From Deltaproteobacteria bacterium RBG_13_43_22 (GTDB lineage Bacteria > Desulfobacterota > RBG-13-43-22), in contig MGQB01000001.1 in the NCBI GenBank assembly GCA_001797675.1, forward strand, positions 321,531 through 385,530: a DNA stretch of 64,000 bases, given 5' to 3'. Both the position numbers and the translations under genes were made by a program. The notes below the pieces were generated by a model. The model made no database searches and had not been told where the DNA came from. It saw nothing but the letters and a program-made list of their open reading frames with translations. Positions within the stretch are counted from its first letter, which is position 1; each line of letters opens with the position of its first letter. Of the stretch, positions 28,720 to 38,650 are shown in pieces.

Positions 28720-29997
28720 TTATTTATATCCCACCACCGCATAATCCTGAAATCCATATATCAGGGCATTGAGACTTCGGACGTTCTCGTTTAAGATCCG
28801 GGCCAGTTCATCCTCATAAGAATCATCCTCCCGGCGGACCATCTCTTTGAGTTTCATCTCTTCGGGAAAAGGAGAGACATAGAGGAGTTCCATCTGCCTA
28901 AATCCAAAAGATTCCCAGAGATAGCGGGCCGCCTCGGGATGGATCGGATTTTTATGGGAAAGATCCAGATAAAAGGCCCCGCTGAAAGTACTTAGACACT
29001 GGGGATTAATAGTCTCCGCCAGCAGGATACCGCCCGGACGCAGTTTGGCAAAACTGACCCTGACCAGTTCCCGAAGCGCTTCCGGTTCCAGGTGTTCAAT
29101 AACCTGGGACAAAAAAATCCCGCCCAAACTCTGGTCCGGTAAACCCCTTAAATGGACCAGGCCGTCTTGGTGAACGGCCTCCAGGCCTTTTGCCCGGCAT
29201 TGGCGGACCATTTCCTGGTTGGTATCCACCCCCGAAGCCGGTATTCCGGCCTCTTTTAAAAGCTCTAGGAATTCCCCCCGGCCGCATCCAATATCCAAAA
29301 CCGGCCCCCGGTCTTTAAAATAGGAAAGAAAATTCTTCTGTTTCCACTTTACGGCCTCTTCACTGCCCCGATGCAACTCTTCGAAACGCACATATTCCGG
29401 TTCCCTGATTTTTGATTTCAGGTCATCCAGCCGGCTGTCCAGTTCAACCACCGGGTTTTTTATGGTTTTAATTTGGGATAAAACCTCTTCAAAAACATTT
29501 TTTTGTGTCTTGAGTTCCTGGGGGATTGCTTCAAGGGATTGGGTTACCTGTTCTCCCCTTTTTTGCAAAAGGGTCATTTCTTTTTCCAGGATAGACCAGC
29601 GATAACGAAAATCCAGGGTCATCTGATTTAGAAGGCGCACCAATTCCACGTTGAACTCCACCTGGCGTTTGAGGACCATCTGGATGTAAGGCTCGGTCAG
29701 TTTACGAAGGATTTTTTTGAATCCGGTAACCAGGGAACCGAGGACCTTGCGGTGAGAGGAGATTTCCGGGGGCCTTCCGGTGTCGCAGAGATAATTAATC
29801 TGGGACAACTGATATTGAATATCCCCTTCCTGCGGATCCGAATCTTCGGATTGTATCTGAAGGGTCATCCGATCGATTCTTTCCAACTCCTCGGAGGAAT
29901 ATTGACCGATCTTTTTTTTCTCTTCGATACGGGAGCGGACCTGCTCCATAATGCGACCCATGTCTACTTTTGGTTTCTCCTGGTTTTCGTGTTCCAT
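28720..29997 (-). CDS. Class I SAM-dependent methyltransferase with N-terminal coiled-coil region (WbdD-like candidate polysaccharide chain terminator)
   Basis: SAM motif VLDIGCGRGEFLELL in the C-terminal half. The N-terminal ~200 aa are heptad-rich and predicted coiled-coil. Adjacent to wzt/wzm. Confidence 0.7.
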   Translation of the reverse strand: MEHENQEKPKVDMGRIMEQVRSRIEEKKKIGQYSSEELERIDRMTLQIQSEDSDPQEGDIQYQLSQINYLCDTGRPPEISSHRKVLGSLVTGFKKILRKLTEPYIQMVLKRQVEFNVELVRLLNQMTLDFRYRWSILEKEMTLLQKRGEQVTQSLEAIPQELKTQKNVFEEVLSQIKTIKNPVVELDSRLDDLKSKIREPEYVRFEELHRGSEEAVKWKQKNFLSYFKDRGPVLDIGCGRGEFLELLKEAGIPASGVDTNQEMVRQCRAKGLEAVHQDGLVHLRGLPDQSLGGIFLSQVIEHLEPEALRELVRVSFAKLRPGGILLAETINPQCLSTFSGAFYLDLSHKNPIHPEAARYLWESFGFRQMELLYVSPFPEEMKLKEMVRREDDSYEDELARILNENVRSLNALIYGFQDYAVVGYK

Positions 29998-30136
29998 AAA
30001 AAATCTTTCAATTAAGATTTGAAGTTATATCTGACTCAATCCCTGGTCCGAGTTGCGGGCAGTTAAAAAAGGACTTGGTTTCTTAACCCGTAATGCGTAA
30101 CCCGTAACAAGGTTTTTCATCTATTTTGTTATGCTT

Positions 30137-30258
30137 ATTGAAGCTCCCTGCACCAAGGTGCAGGGAATCTTCCAGGCAAGGAAAGGGTTTATTTGTTGTA
30201 GTTCGCTCGCTAACCCACGCAGCAAACTGCGGGGAATGCGCTCGCTATTCCTGTTCAA
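30137..30258 (+). repeat. Dual-hairpin dispersed repeat element, copy B (short form)
   Basis: About 97% identical to copy A. Intergenic between the methyltransferase and wzt. Confidence 0.7.
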
Positions 30259-31492
30259 CTATCCAGCGATGGGGGATTCGATAGATCCCGGCGTCTTTTT
30301 TAGTCGAGCGGACGGCAAAGGACATACAACCGCTTTGATAATCGTAATTGTGGCCGTCGTGGGCATGAACCGCCACATCCAGCAAATAATTCCCTTCTAT
30401 CAAATGAACCTGCTCGAGCTTGATCTTGATTTGACCGGTTTCTTGAAAGGGAGGCAGCACCACCTCATCCAGGTCGGTGTTGGTCCCATAGCAACAGGTC
30501 CCTTTCCCGTCAAAAACACCTACGCCGAAAACGCAATCCAGAGTGGGACGATTAACTTGAAAATCCATCTCCACCAATATATCCTCTCCGTCTTGAAAGA
30601 CGTGTCTTTCCTGACCCCGGCTGTCACGGAGACGGACCCGGATAATTTCGATGTCTCCGTTACCCCACCGGTCTTTGGAAATCAATCTTTCTGTTCCGCT
30701 GGAGGCTGCTTTTGATTGTTCTTCTTTATAGCGTTCGTCATCCCTTCGGGCCACCGCTTGCCGGTAGGCGTCTATCACCTGACGGGGTTCTCCCTGGGCC
30801 TGGATACAACCCGAGTCCAGCCAGAGGGCCTGATCGCAAAACCGTTCCACGGTGGGCAGATCATGGGTCACCAGGACGATCGTCTTCCCCGACTTCTTGA
30901 AAGTCGTCATCCGGTCAATACATTTCCGGGAAAAGGATTCGTCTCCCACGGCCAGGACCTCATCGACCAGCAAAATATCCGGATCGACATTGACGGCCAC
31001 GGAAAACCCCAGGCGGACATACATGCCCGAGGAATAGGTCCGGACCGGTACATCAATAAAAGACTCCAACTCGGCAAAACGAACGATCCGGTCAAACCGT
31101 TTTTCAATTTCTTTGCGGCTCAATCCCAGAATGGTCCCGTTGATAAACACATTCTCCCGGCCGGTGAACTCCGGATGAAATCCGGCTCCTAATTCGATTA
31201 AAGAAGAAACCCGCCCGTTCATCTGAACCGTCCCGGAATCCGGTTTATAAATTCCGGTCATGACCTTGAGGAGTGTGCTTTTACCGGATCCGTTCCGGCC
31301 GATGACCCCCAGACTGATTCCCTGGGAAATTTCCAGATTCAGGTCCTGAAAAACAACCCTGGTTTCTTCTTTGGGTCGGCCCTTTCGTGAAAAGGGATTC
31401 AGGAACAGGGATTTTAAGGTAATGTAGTCGCGGCGCAAGGTGGTTTGTTTAAATCCTTTGGAGATCCCTTTTAAGATGACGGCTGGGGGCAT
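30245..31492 (-). CDS. wzt: O-polysaccharide ABC transporter ATP-binding protein Wzt with C-terminal carbohydrate-binding extension
   Basis: Walker A (GRNGSGKST), LSGG-like and Walker B motifs, plus a ~160 aa C-terminal extension as in Wzt/TagH. Confidence 0.85.
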   Translation of the reverse strand: MPPAVILKGISKGFKQTTLRRDYITLKSLFLNPFSRKGRPKEETRVVFQDLNLEISQGISLGVIGRNGSGKSTLLKVMTGIYKPDSGTVQMNGRVSSLIELGAGFHPEFTGRENVFINGTILGLSRKEIEKRFDRIVRFAELESFIDVPVRTYSSGMYVRLGFSVAVNVDPDILLVDEVLAVGDESFSRKCIDRMTTFKKSGKTIVLVTHDLPTVERFCDQALWLDSGCIQAQGEPRQVIDAYRQAVARRDDERYKEEQSKAASSGTERLISKDRWGNGDIEIIRVRLRDSRGQERHVFQDGEDILVEMDFQVNRPTLDCVFGVGVFDGKGTCCYGTNTDLDEVVLPPFQETGQIKIKLEQVHLIEGNYLLDVAVHAHDGHNYDYQSGCMSFAVRSTKKDAGIYRIPHRWIVEQE

Positions 31493-31498
31493 GGATGG

Positions 31499-32287
31499 TT
31501 ATACCTTCTCTGGAAAGGTTTCTTTATACCGTTCAAAAAAGAACATGCCGATTCCCAACAAAATCAGAGAAAGGGCCATAAAAACTAAAAGAATTCTTAG
31601 GTCCGGTGCGCGGTTATAAAAAAAAATGTCCTGATAAGACAAGGTGATTTGGGTCATGGGAATGAGTTTCACCCATTTATTAAAAGGGGGCGGTACCTGG
31701 GAAAGGGGATAGAGAATGGGGGTTAAAAAAAACAAAAGGGTTAAAAAATTAGCCAGGATATGTTGGACATCCCTGAAAAAGACATTGATAGTAGCCAGTA
31801 TCAAAACCAAACCTTCGATAAACAACAAATGGAGAAAAAGGATCAACGGCAGCCAGAGCAGGGGCCACCCTTGATAGACCCCCATAGCCCAAAGGAAACC
31901 AAAAAGAATCGGCAAACTCAACAGGTAGTTTAACAAGTTGGCTAAAATTTTAACTATCGGCAGGACCTGACTGGGAAAGAGGACCTTGGTAACAAGGCTG
32001 CCGCCGGCGGTAATCGAGTTGGTCCCCTCCAATAAAGAGGAAGAAAACCAGATCCAGGGGAGTAACCCGACAAACATGAATCCGGCATAATGTTCCATCC
32101 GAATTCTAAGATAAAAATTAAAAACCAGAGCATAGACCCCCAAGAGCAAAAGGGGATTTAGAAAAGTCCATAAGAACCCAAGGAAAGACCCTCGATAACG
32201 GGCTTTCAGTTCCCGGATCACGAGACTGTTCACCAGACTTCGGTAGCGAATCAATTCCTGAATATGTTGACGGATCAATGGGAACAT
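31499..32287 (-). CDS. wzm: ABC-2 type polysaccharide export permease Wzm
   Basis: 262 aa protein with 6 TM helices (ABC-2 family), immediately upstream of wzt. Confidence 0.8.
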   Translation of the reverse strand: MFPLIRQHIQELIRYRSLVNSLVIRELKARYRGSFLGFLWTFLNPLLLLGVYALVFNFYLRIRMEHYAGFMFVGLLPWIWFSSSLLEGTNSITAGGSLVTKVLFPSQVLPIVKILANLLNYLLSLPILFGFLWAMGVYQGWPLLWLPLILFLHLLFIEGLVLILATINVFFRDVQHILANFLTLLFFLTPILYPLSQVPPPFNKWVKLIPMTQITLSYQDIFFYNRAPDLRILLVFMALSLILLGIGMFFFERYKETFPEKV

Positions 32288-32413
32288 GTTTTTGACTCTA
32301 GGAATTCAGAAGCCAGAATTAAAACACAACAACGAGTTCGAATTACAAAGGCATTGGGAAGACATTTTTCATTCTCTATTCTGGATTCTGACTCCTGTCT
32401 TCTGGCTTCTGTT

Positions 32414-33811
32414 TTAATACGCTTCCTTGCTGAATACTCCCTTCCAAAGGGTCTTGATTAATATTTTTGAGTCCAAAGGGAGGGACCAGTTTTCAATATA
32501 ATACAGATCAAACTCGATTCGTTTTTCCAAAGAGGTGTTCCCCCGCCAGCCGTTAATTTGGGCCCATCCGGTCATCCCGGCCTTCATTTTATGGCGCAGC
32601 ATGTATTTGGGAATCTTGTCTTTGAAACTTTGAATCAACTCCGGACGCTCCGGCCGGGGGCCGACCAAGCTCATTTCCCCTTTGATAACATTAAAAAGTT
32701 GCGGCAGTTCATCCAAACTGAATCTTCTGATGATCCGTCCCACCAGGGTTCTTCTGGGGTCTTCTTTTTTTGCCCAAACCGGTCCGGTCTCCTTTTCCGC
32801 TCCGACCACCATGGAGCGAAACTTAAGCATTTCAAAGACACGACCATCCAGCCCCATCCGTATCTGACGATACAAGACCGGGCCTTTCGATGTGACTTTG
32901 ATGGTCAGGGCAATCAACAAGAGTAAAGGGGAAAACAAAATCAGAACCAGACAGGCCAGAAGGATGTCGAAGGACCTTTTCAGAATTCGATTCCAGCCGA
33001 CCATGGGGGATTCCCTTAAATTGATAAAGGGCAGGCCCTCAAATTCCTCAATCCCGCCCCGAAGACTGATAAACCGATATAAATCAGGAACAATCTTGAT
33101 ATCCACCATCTCGTCCCGAATCCGGTTCAGCAACTCTTCCAGTTTCTGATGAGCGGTTAAGGACAAAGCGAATATGACCAGATTGATCCCCTGATCTTGG
33201 ATCACCTGATCGATCTCTTCATACAATCCGAGCACCTCGATCCCCTGAATATGGGTTCCCACCTTTTGAGGCACCTGGGTTAAAAACCCACTGATCGTCA
33301 GGCCTAATTCAGGATGCTTCCGGATGGTTTCAGCGACACCCTGGGCTAATTCTCGAACTCCAACGATTAAGACCCGTTCTGATCTGAGATGCTTTTTTTG
33401 CAGGAAGAGGTAATAGCCTTTAAAAAAAAGACGGCTTAGAGAAAGAAACAGAAGACTCAGGAGACCAAAAAGGAGGAAGACCAAGCGTGAAAATTCGGTC
33501 CTTTTAAAGAAAAAGGTCAGAAAAACCAGGATCATCAAAGCGATGAAGTTGGCCTTAAACAGGGTCATGATTTCCTGGGTTCGATTAAAAAAACGGCGGT
33601 ACACCCCGGTTAGATGAAGGGTACCTATCCAGATGGTCAGAACAAAAACAAGCAGGATCAAATAATCGCTGAGGAGAGGGATGCCCTTGGTTACCGGGAT
33701 GAAGGGGGCATAAAATCTGAGATAAAAAGCAGCAATCCAACAAGCCGTGAGAATAAAGAGATCGTTAAAAAGAAGTAGGGATTGAAATAACTGCAATCTT
33801 TTTTTAAACAT
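32414..33811 (-). CDS. Undecaprenyl-phosphate hexose-1-phosphate transferase (WbaP/bacterial sugar transferase family)
   Basis: N-terminal TM bundle. The C-terminal catalytic domain carries DELPQLFNVIKGEMSLVGPRPERP and YYIENWSLPLDSKIL. Confidence 0.8.
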   Translation of the reverse strand: MFKKRLQLFQSLLLFNDLFILTACWIAAFYLRFYAPFIPVTKGIPLLSDYLILLVFVLTIWIGTLHLTGVYRRFFNRTQEIMTLFKANFIALMILVFLTFFFKRTEFSRLVFLLFGLLSLLFLSLSRLFFKGYYLFLQKKHLRSERVLIVGVRELAQGVAETIRKHPELGLTISGFLTQVPQKVGTHIQGIEVLGLYEEIDQVIQDQGINLVIFALSLTAHQKLEELLNRIRDEMVDIKIVPDLYRFISLRGGIEEFEGLPFINLRESPMVGWNRILKRSFDILLACLVLILFSPLLLLIALTIKVTSKGPVLYRQIRMGLDGRVFEMLKFRSMVVGAEKETGPVWAKKEDPRRTLVGRIIRRFSLDELPQLFNVIKGEMSLVGPRPERPELIQSFKDKIPKYMLRHKMKAGMTGWAQINGWRGNTSLEKRIEFDLYYIENWSLPLDSKILIKTLWKGVFSKEAY

Positions 33812-33878
33812 GTTTTAAAGGCCTCTTTACGGCTTAAAGGAGAAGGGGAGATCAGGCAGGAGAAAAAAAGGGCCTTTC

Positions 33879-34241
33879 TCAGTCCCCTCGAGCCTTTTCC
33901 ATGGCTTCTTCTCTTTTCTTGCAGTCTATACAGTGGGTAGTGACCGGACGGGCCTTTAAGCGCTGCTCGGAAATATCCTCGCCGCATTTTTCACAGATCC
34001 CAAAGCTCCCATCCTCGATCCGTTCCAGGGCTTCCTCAATCTTTAAAATGAGCTTTCGTTCCCGTCCCCTTATCCTGAGCAGAAAATTACGATCCGATTC
34101 CAGTGTGGCCCGGTCCGTCGGATCAGGGAAATTTTCTTTGGAATCAGTCATTCCACTGACCGTTTTTTGAGCTTCCAGAATCAAGACATTCCTTTGTTCC
34201 TTCAGGAGTTTCTTGAAATAGGCAATTTTTTTGGCGTTCAT
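33879..34241 (-). CDS. dksA: DksA/TraR-family C4 zinc-finger RNA polymerase-binding regulator
   Basis: 120 aa protein with coiled-coil N-terminus and CEKCGEDI...CIDC zinc finger. Confidence 0.8.
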   Translation of the reverse strand: MNAKKIAYFKKLLKEQRNVLILEAQKTVSGMTDSKENFPDPTDRATLESDRNFLLRIRGRERKLILKIEEALERIEDGSFGICEKCGEDISEQRLKARPVTTHCIDCKKREEAMEKARGD

Positions 34242-34275
34242 TACTCCTCTCCTATCTCTTGACTCACTTCTTTAC

Positions 34276-34824
34276 CTAAGCAAATATATTACTTAGATAA
34301 ACACCACTCTTCCCCCCTGATTTTCTAATCAACCCGATATCCGTAATCCGAATCCCTCGATCTATAGCCTTGCACATATCATAAATCGTTAGGGCGGCTG
34401 TGGCCACGGCTGCCAAGGCCTCCATTTCCACCCCGGTTCTGTCCTTGGCCTGCACTTTAGCCCGTATATCCACCCGGGGAGGTTCTTTTAACAAGGAAAA
34501 GGATAGTTCCACCCCGGTAATCTGAAGCGGATGGCACATGGGAATGAGATCATGGGTTTTTTTGGCTGCCATAATGGCCGAGACCTTAGCGACACTCAGG
34601 ACATCCCCTTTTTCTATTTGATTATCCTCTATTTTCTTTAAGGTTTCCGCCTGGAGCAGAACCGTTCCAGCGGCTATGGCTTCCCGCTGAGTTATCCTCT
34701 TGGTACTGACATTAACCATCCTGACCCGGCCCTTCGAATCCACATGGGTCCATTCCTTCACACCCCGGGAAGAATTCCGGTTGTCAGTTTGATTAGGGAA
34801 ACTATTCCCGGCCTTTTTCCGCAC
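34276..34824 (-). CDS. moaC: Cyclic pyranopterin monophosphate synthase MoaC
   Basis: MoaC core (MVNVSTK..TQREAIA..AKKTHDLIPMCHPL..TGVEMEAL). The annotated N-terminal ~35 aa extension is probably an over-called start. Confidence 0.8.
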   Translation of the reverse strand: MRKKAGNSFPNQTDNRNSSRGVKEWTHVDSKGRVRMVNVSTKRITQREAIAAGTVLLQAETLKKIEDNQIEKGDVLSVAKVSAIMAAKKTHDLIPMCHPLQITGVELSFSLLKEPPRVDIRAKVQAKDRTGVEMEALAAVATAALTIYDMCKAIDRGIRITDIGLIRKSGGKSGVYLSNIFA

Positions 34825-34833
34825 TATCCTTTC

Positions 34834-35052
34834 CTAATCTTTTTTCTTTACAAGGGGTAACTCTTTTTCGAATGGGAAATCCACTTTCCCGGCAGCGATT
34901 TCCCGGAGGGCGACAACCACTTCCTTATTCTTGGTCTGGACCCTTTGAGGATCTCCGGCCCGCAATTGCTTAACCCTTTGAAATGCTAAATGAATTAATG
35001 AAAACCGATTAGGAACTTGCTCAAGGCAATCTTCAACGGTAACTCTGGCCAC
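34834..35052 (-). CDS. rpoZ: DNA-directed RNA polymerase subunit omega
   Basis: 72 aa protein MARVTVEDCLEQVPNRFSLIHLAFQRVKQLRAG, canonical RpoZ. Confidence 0.8.
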   Translation of the reverse strand: MARVTVEDCLEQVPNRFSLIHLAFQRVKQLRAGDPQRVQTKNKEVVVALREIAAGKVDFPFEKELPLVKKKD

Positions 35053-35230
35053 GTTTGATCCTCCCCAAAGAATTATTCTAAATTAAATTAGGAAATATAA
35101 CTCATTCTGAGGGAAATGTAAATTGTTTTCTTCAAAAACCTATCCGCTTTAAATTGAATAACTTCCCTTGCAAAGATATCTTCTTTTTTCTATAATTTAT
35201 GGTAAAAGAGCTTTATCTATCAAAAATCAA

Positions 35231-35398
35231 TTGAAGCTCCCTGCACCAAGACTTCGGCGAGCTCAGTCGAGTCGGTGCAGGGAATCTTCCAGGCAAGGAA
35301 AAGGTCTATTTATTGTATTTCGCTCGCTAACCCACGCAGCAAGACTTCGACGAGCTCAGTCGAGACGCTGCGGGGAATGCGCTCGCTACACCTGTTCA
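35231..35398 (+). repeat. Dual-hairpin dispersed repeat element, copy C (long form, ~168 bp: both hairpin loops carry the same ~21-nt extension ACTTCGRCGAGCTCAGTCGAG)
   Basis: Same ends and spacer as copies A, B and D, but each hairpin loop is extended by an almost identical 21-nt palindromic insert. Confidence 0.7.
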
Positions 35399-35419
35399 GC
35401 AAAGGCCCAATAAAAGCCG

Positions 35420-36949
35420 ATGATCGCTAAAATTTTCAGTAGTGCCATCTCAGGGATTGATGCCTATATCGTTCAGGTTGAAGTCGATATTGCCAGGGGG
35501 TTACCGGCCTTTTCCACGGTTGGATTGCCGGAAGGGGCTGTCCGGGAAAGTAAAGATCGGGTCAAATCGGCCATTAAGAATTCAGGTTTTGAATTCCCCA
35601 GCCACCGAATTACCGTTAATCTGGCTCCGGCCGATATAAAAAAAGAAGGGTCGGCCTTTGACCTTCCTATAGCCATAGGTATTCTTACGGCTGAAGATTT
35701 AATTTCTTCCACCATCGTGTCGTCATACCTTATTTTAGGGGAGCTTTCTCTGAATGGGGAAATTAAGCCGATTCGAGGCACATTGCCCACCGCTTTATCG
35801 GTTAAGGATAACGGCTTTCGTGGACTGATTGTCCCCGAGGCCAATGCTCTTGAGGCCTCCGTGGTAGAAGGGATTGAGATCATTCCGGCGCAAACGCTTG
35901 GACAGGTGACTGAATTTCTTAGAGGCCTCTCACCGATCCAACCATTAAACCAGGAACCAAAACGGCCCTTTTCTCTTCTTCAGGATTATCCTTTTGATTT
36001 CAATGAGGTGAAAGGCCAGGAACAGGTCAAACGGGCACTGGAAATTGCAGCCGCCGGAGGTCATAACATCATTATGGTCGGACCTCCCGGTTCCGGAAAA
36101 ACCATGCTGGCCCAAAGGCTGCCCTCTATTTTGCCCGACCTGACTTTCGAAGAGGCCTTGGAAACCTCGAAAATTTACAGTGTCATCGGTCTGATGCCGA
36201 GAGATCAGGCCCTGATTACTTCCCGGCCCTTTCGATCCCCTCATCATACGGTTTCCGACGCCGGTCTGATTGGAGGCGGGCAAGTCCCCCGCCCCGGTGA
36301 AGTCAGCCTGGCCCATAACGGGGTTCTGTTTTTGGATGAATTACCTGAATTCAAAAAAAATGTCTTGGAGGTTCTTCGTCAGCCCCTCGAAGACGGTCGG
36401 GTGACCATTTCCCGGGCCATCACTTCCCTGACCTATCCGGCCCGCTTTATGCTGGTGGCGGCCATGAATCCCTGCCCCTGCGGGTTTCTCTCGGATCCCC
36501 AGCGGGAATGTCATTGCACCTATCCGCAGATCCAGCGCTATAAATCAAAAATATCCGGTCCCCTGTTGGACCGTATCGATCTCCACGTAGAGGTCCCTTC
36601 GGTGAAATTCAAAGAACTGGCTGGCCAGTCCGATGGAGAATCCTCGAACACCATCCGGGAACGGGTCAAAGCCGCCCGGGAAAGGCAAAAAACCCGCTTT
36701 CACAGCAAAACCCTTTTTTGTAACGCCCAGATGGGACCGAGGCTGATCAAAAAATATTGCACCCTGTCTCCGGACTCCCAAAACCTTCTGGAACAGGCCA
36801 TGGAATATCTGGGATTAAGTGCCCGGGCCTATCATCGCATATTAAAGATCTCCCGAACCATTGCGGATTTGGAGAATAGCGAGGATATTGCTCCTCATCA
36901 TATCTCGGAAGCCATCCAATACCGGAATTTGGACCGCCGTCTCCTTTAA
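35420..36949 (+). CDS. comM: YifB/ComM family Mg-chelatase-like AAA+ ATPase
   Basis: 509 aa protein with Lon-like N-terminus, Walker A (GPPGSGKTM) and a C-terminal Mg-chelatase ChlI-like domain. Confidence 0.85.
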   Translation: MIAKIFSSAISGIDAYIVQVEVDIARGLPAFSTVGLPEGAVRESKDRVKSAIKNSGFEFPSHRITVNLAPADIKKEGSAFDLPIAIGILTAEDLISSTIVSSYLILGELSLNGEIKPIRGTLPTALSVKDNGFRGLIVPEANALEASVVEGIEIIPAQTLGQVTEFLRGLSPIQPLNQEPKRPFSLLQDYPFDFNEVKGQEQVKRALEIAAAGGHNIIMVGPPGSGKTMLAQRLPSILPDLTFEEALETSKIYSVIGLMPRDQALITSRPFRSPHHTVSDAGLIGGGQVPRPGEVSLAHNGVLFLDELPEFKKNVLEVLRQPLEDGRVTISRAITSLTYPARFMLVAAMNPCPCGFLSDPQRECHCTYPQIQRYKSKISGPLLDRIDLHVEVPSVKFKELAGQSDGESSNTIRERVKAARERQKTRFHSKTLFCNAQMGPRLIKKYCTLSPDSQNLLEQAMEYLGLSARAYHRILKISRTIADLENSEDIAPHHISEAIQYRNLDRRLL

Positions 36950-37057
36950 TCAATGCCTCCACAACCTCCTAAATACCGGTCTCATCCCAAACCAAAAAAA
37001 TCGATAAACTATTTGGTCTGGTTTTTCGTCTTCCTGATGGCCTTTATGTTGATCACC
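36936..37057 (+). repeat. Direct repeat DR1: duplicated copy of the comM 3' end, mrcA promoter/RBS and mrcA codons 1-36
   Basis: About 92% identical over ~122 bp to 38651..38771, including the mrcA ATG context (ATGCCTCCACAA...CTATTTGGTCTGGTTTTTCGTCTT). Flanks the macB-like insertion. Confidence 0.7.
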
Positions 37058-37139
37058 ACCAATACCCCCCCGATAATCCATTTCAAGGATGGGGTGGTTA
37101 TGGATCCGGCCCGAGGGACCGGATAATAGGGTAAGTCCT

Positions 37140-38366
37140 ATGAAACCCATTTCAAGTCTCAAGGTGGCCCTTCGTGCCTTGCGGATCAACAAGATGCGCT
37201 CTTTTTTGACCATGCTGGGCATTATCATCGGTGTCGGAGCGGTCATTGTCATGGTGGCCTTAGGTTCCGGAGCCAGGGAAATGATCGCCCAGGTGATCGC
37301 CAATATGGGGTCGAATCTGCTTATTGTGGTTCCCGGTGCGACTACGGCCGGCGGGGCCCGTATGGGAGAAGGCAGCGCCCCCACTCTGACTTCCGATGAC
37401 GCCAAAGCCATCAAGGAGGAATGCCCGGCCGTCAAGACCGTAGCCGCCTTTTGGGGCGGGGTTACCCAAGTGGTTTATGGCAATCAAAATTGGAATACCA
37501 GTGTTTCCGGGATGACACCGTCTCATTTTGAAATCCGGGATTGGCCCATTGCCTCCGGCCGGAATTTTTCCGACCAGGAAGTCTACGGTGCGGTAAAAGT
37601 AGCCATAATCGGGAAATCAGTGGTTGAAAACCTCTTCGGATCGGAGGACCCGCTCGGGCAGATCATCCGGATTAAAAAAATACCTTTTACCGTTATCGGT
37701 GTCCTTTCTTCAAAAGGACAAACCCCGATGGGAACAGACCAGGACGATGTCGTTTATATCCCCTTGACCACCTCGCAAAAAAGAATCTTCGGAAGCCAGC
37801 TTCCCAACCGGGTTCGGCTGATCATGGTTCAGGCTAAAGATATCAGCCTGATGAATGATGCCGAAAACCAGGTCAACGACCTTTTAACGGAGAGACATCA
37901 TGTTCAGAATGGACAACTGGTTGATTTCACCATCCGGAACCTGACCGAACTCCTGGCCACGGCTGAAAAATCAGCCGGGGTTATGTCCCTTCTGCTGGGT
38001 TCTATCGCCCTGGTTTCCCTGCTGGTGGGAGGCATCGGGATTATGAATATCATGCTGGTTTCGGTTACGGAGCGCACCCGTGAAATCGGCATCCGCATGG
38101 CCGTGGGCGCCCGTGGAATCGATATCCTCCTTCAATTTCTGACCGAATCGGTGGTCATAAGCCTGGTGGGAGGACTGATCGGGATCGCCTTAGGGGCCCT
38201 GGGTGCCCAGGTGATCTCAAAATTCACCGGATGGAACGTCTTTATTTCAGTTTGGGCCCTGTTGATCTCTTTTTCTTTTGCCGCCGCCGTGGGTATCTTT
38301 TTCGGCTATTACCCGGCCCTCAAGGCCTCCCGCCTGAATCCGATCGATGCCTTGAGGTATGAATAG
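37140..38366 (+). CDS. MacB-like ABC transporter permease (MacB periplasmic domain plus FtsX), no adjacent ATPase
   Basis: 409 aa from the ATG at 37140 (MKPISSLKVALRALRINKMRSFLTMLGIIIGV). Four TM helices and a C-terminal FtsX motif region. The ORF track's 37089 start is an upstream extension. Confidence 0.75.
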   Translation: MKPISSLKVALRALRINKMRSFLTMLGIIIGVGAVIVMVALGSGAREMIAQVIANMGSNLLIVVPGATTAGGARMGEGSAPTLTSDDAKAIKEECPAVKTVAAFWGGVTQVVYGNQNWNTSVSGMTPSHFEIRDWPIASGRNFSDQEVYGAVKVAIIGKSVVENLFGSEDPLGQIIRIKKIPFTVIGVLSSKGQTPMGTDQDDVVYIPLTTSQKRIFGSQLPNRVRLIMVQAKDISLMNDAENQVNDLLTERHHVQNGQLVDFTIRNLTELLATAEKSAGVMSLLLGSIALVSLLVGGIGIMNIMLVSVTERTREIGIRMAVGARGIDILLQFLTESVVISLVGGLIGIALGALGAQVISKFTGWNVFISVWALLISFSFAAAVGIFFGYYPALKASRLNPIDALRYE

Positions 38367-38650
38367 GATCGACAGGACACCGAAGTCCAGATCTTTCTTT
38401 TCTCCCCGTTGTTCAATGAAAAGTAAAGCCTCATCCCTTTTCTGACCACTTAGCTTATCTCCATCCGCCGCACCGGCTGCGTCTGACAGCACCCTCCCGC
38501 AGTGGCTCTTTTATGCCCCTCCTTTAGAGTCGTTCCCAAAATTCGGCGGACCCTGATTATTCTTTCTCCAAGGCCTTCGTTTGTGGTATCATTCGGCTCA
38601 TATTCAAGAAACTCGATGACCTTGGGAATATAATACTGAAATTTAGATCG

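Noticed and set aside
30131-30715. ORFs called through the repeat copies (peptides containing LANPRSKLRGMRSLFLF at 25373-25750, 30131-30715, 35168-35413 and 47571-47774)
   Set aside because: The same peptide arises in every copy purely from translating the repeat. They overlap real genes on the other strand and have no start context.
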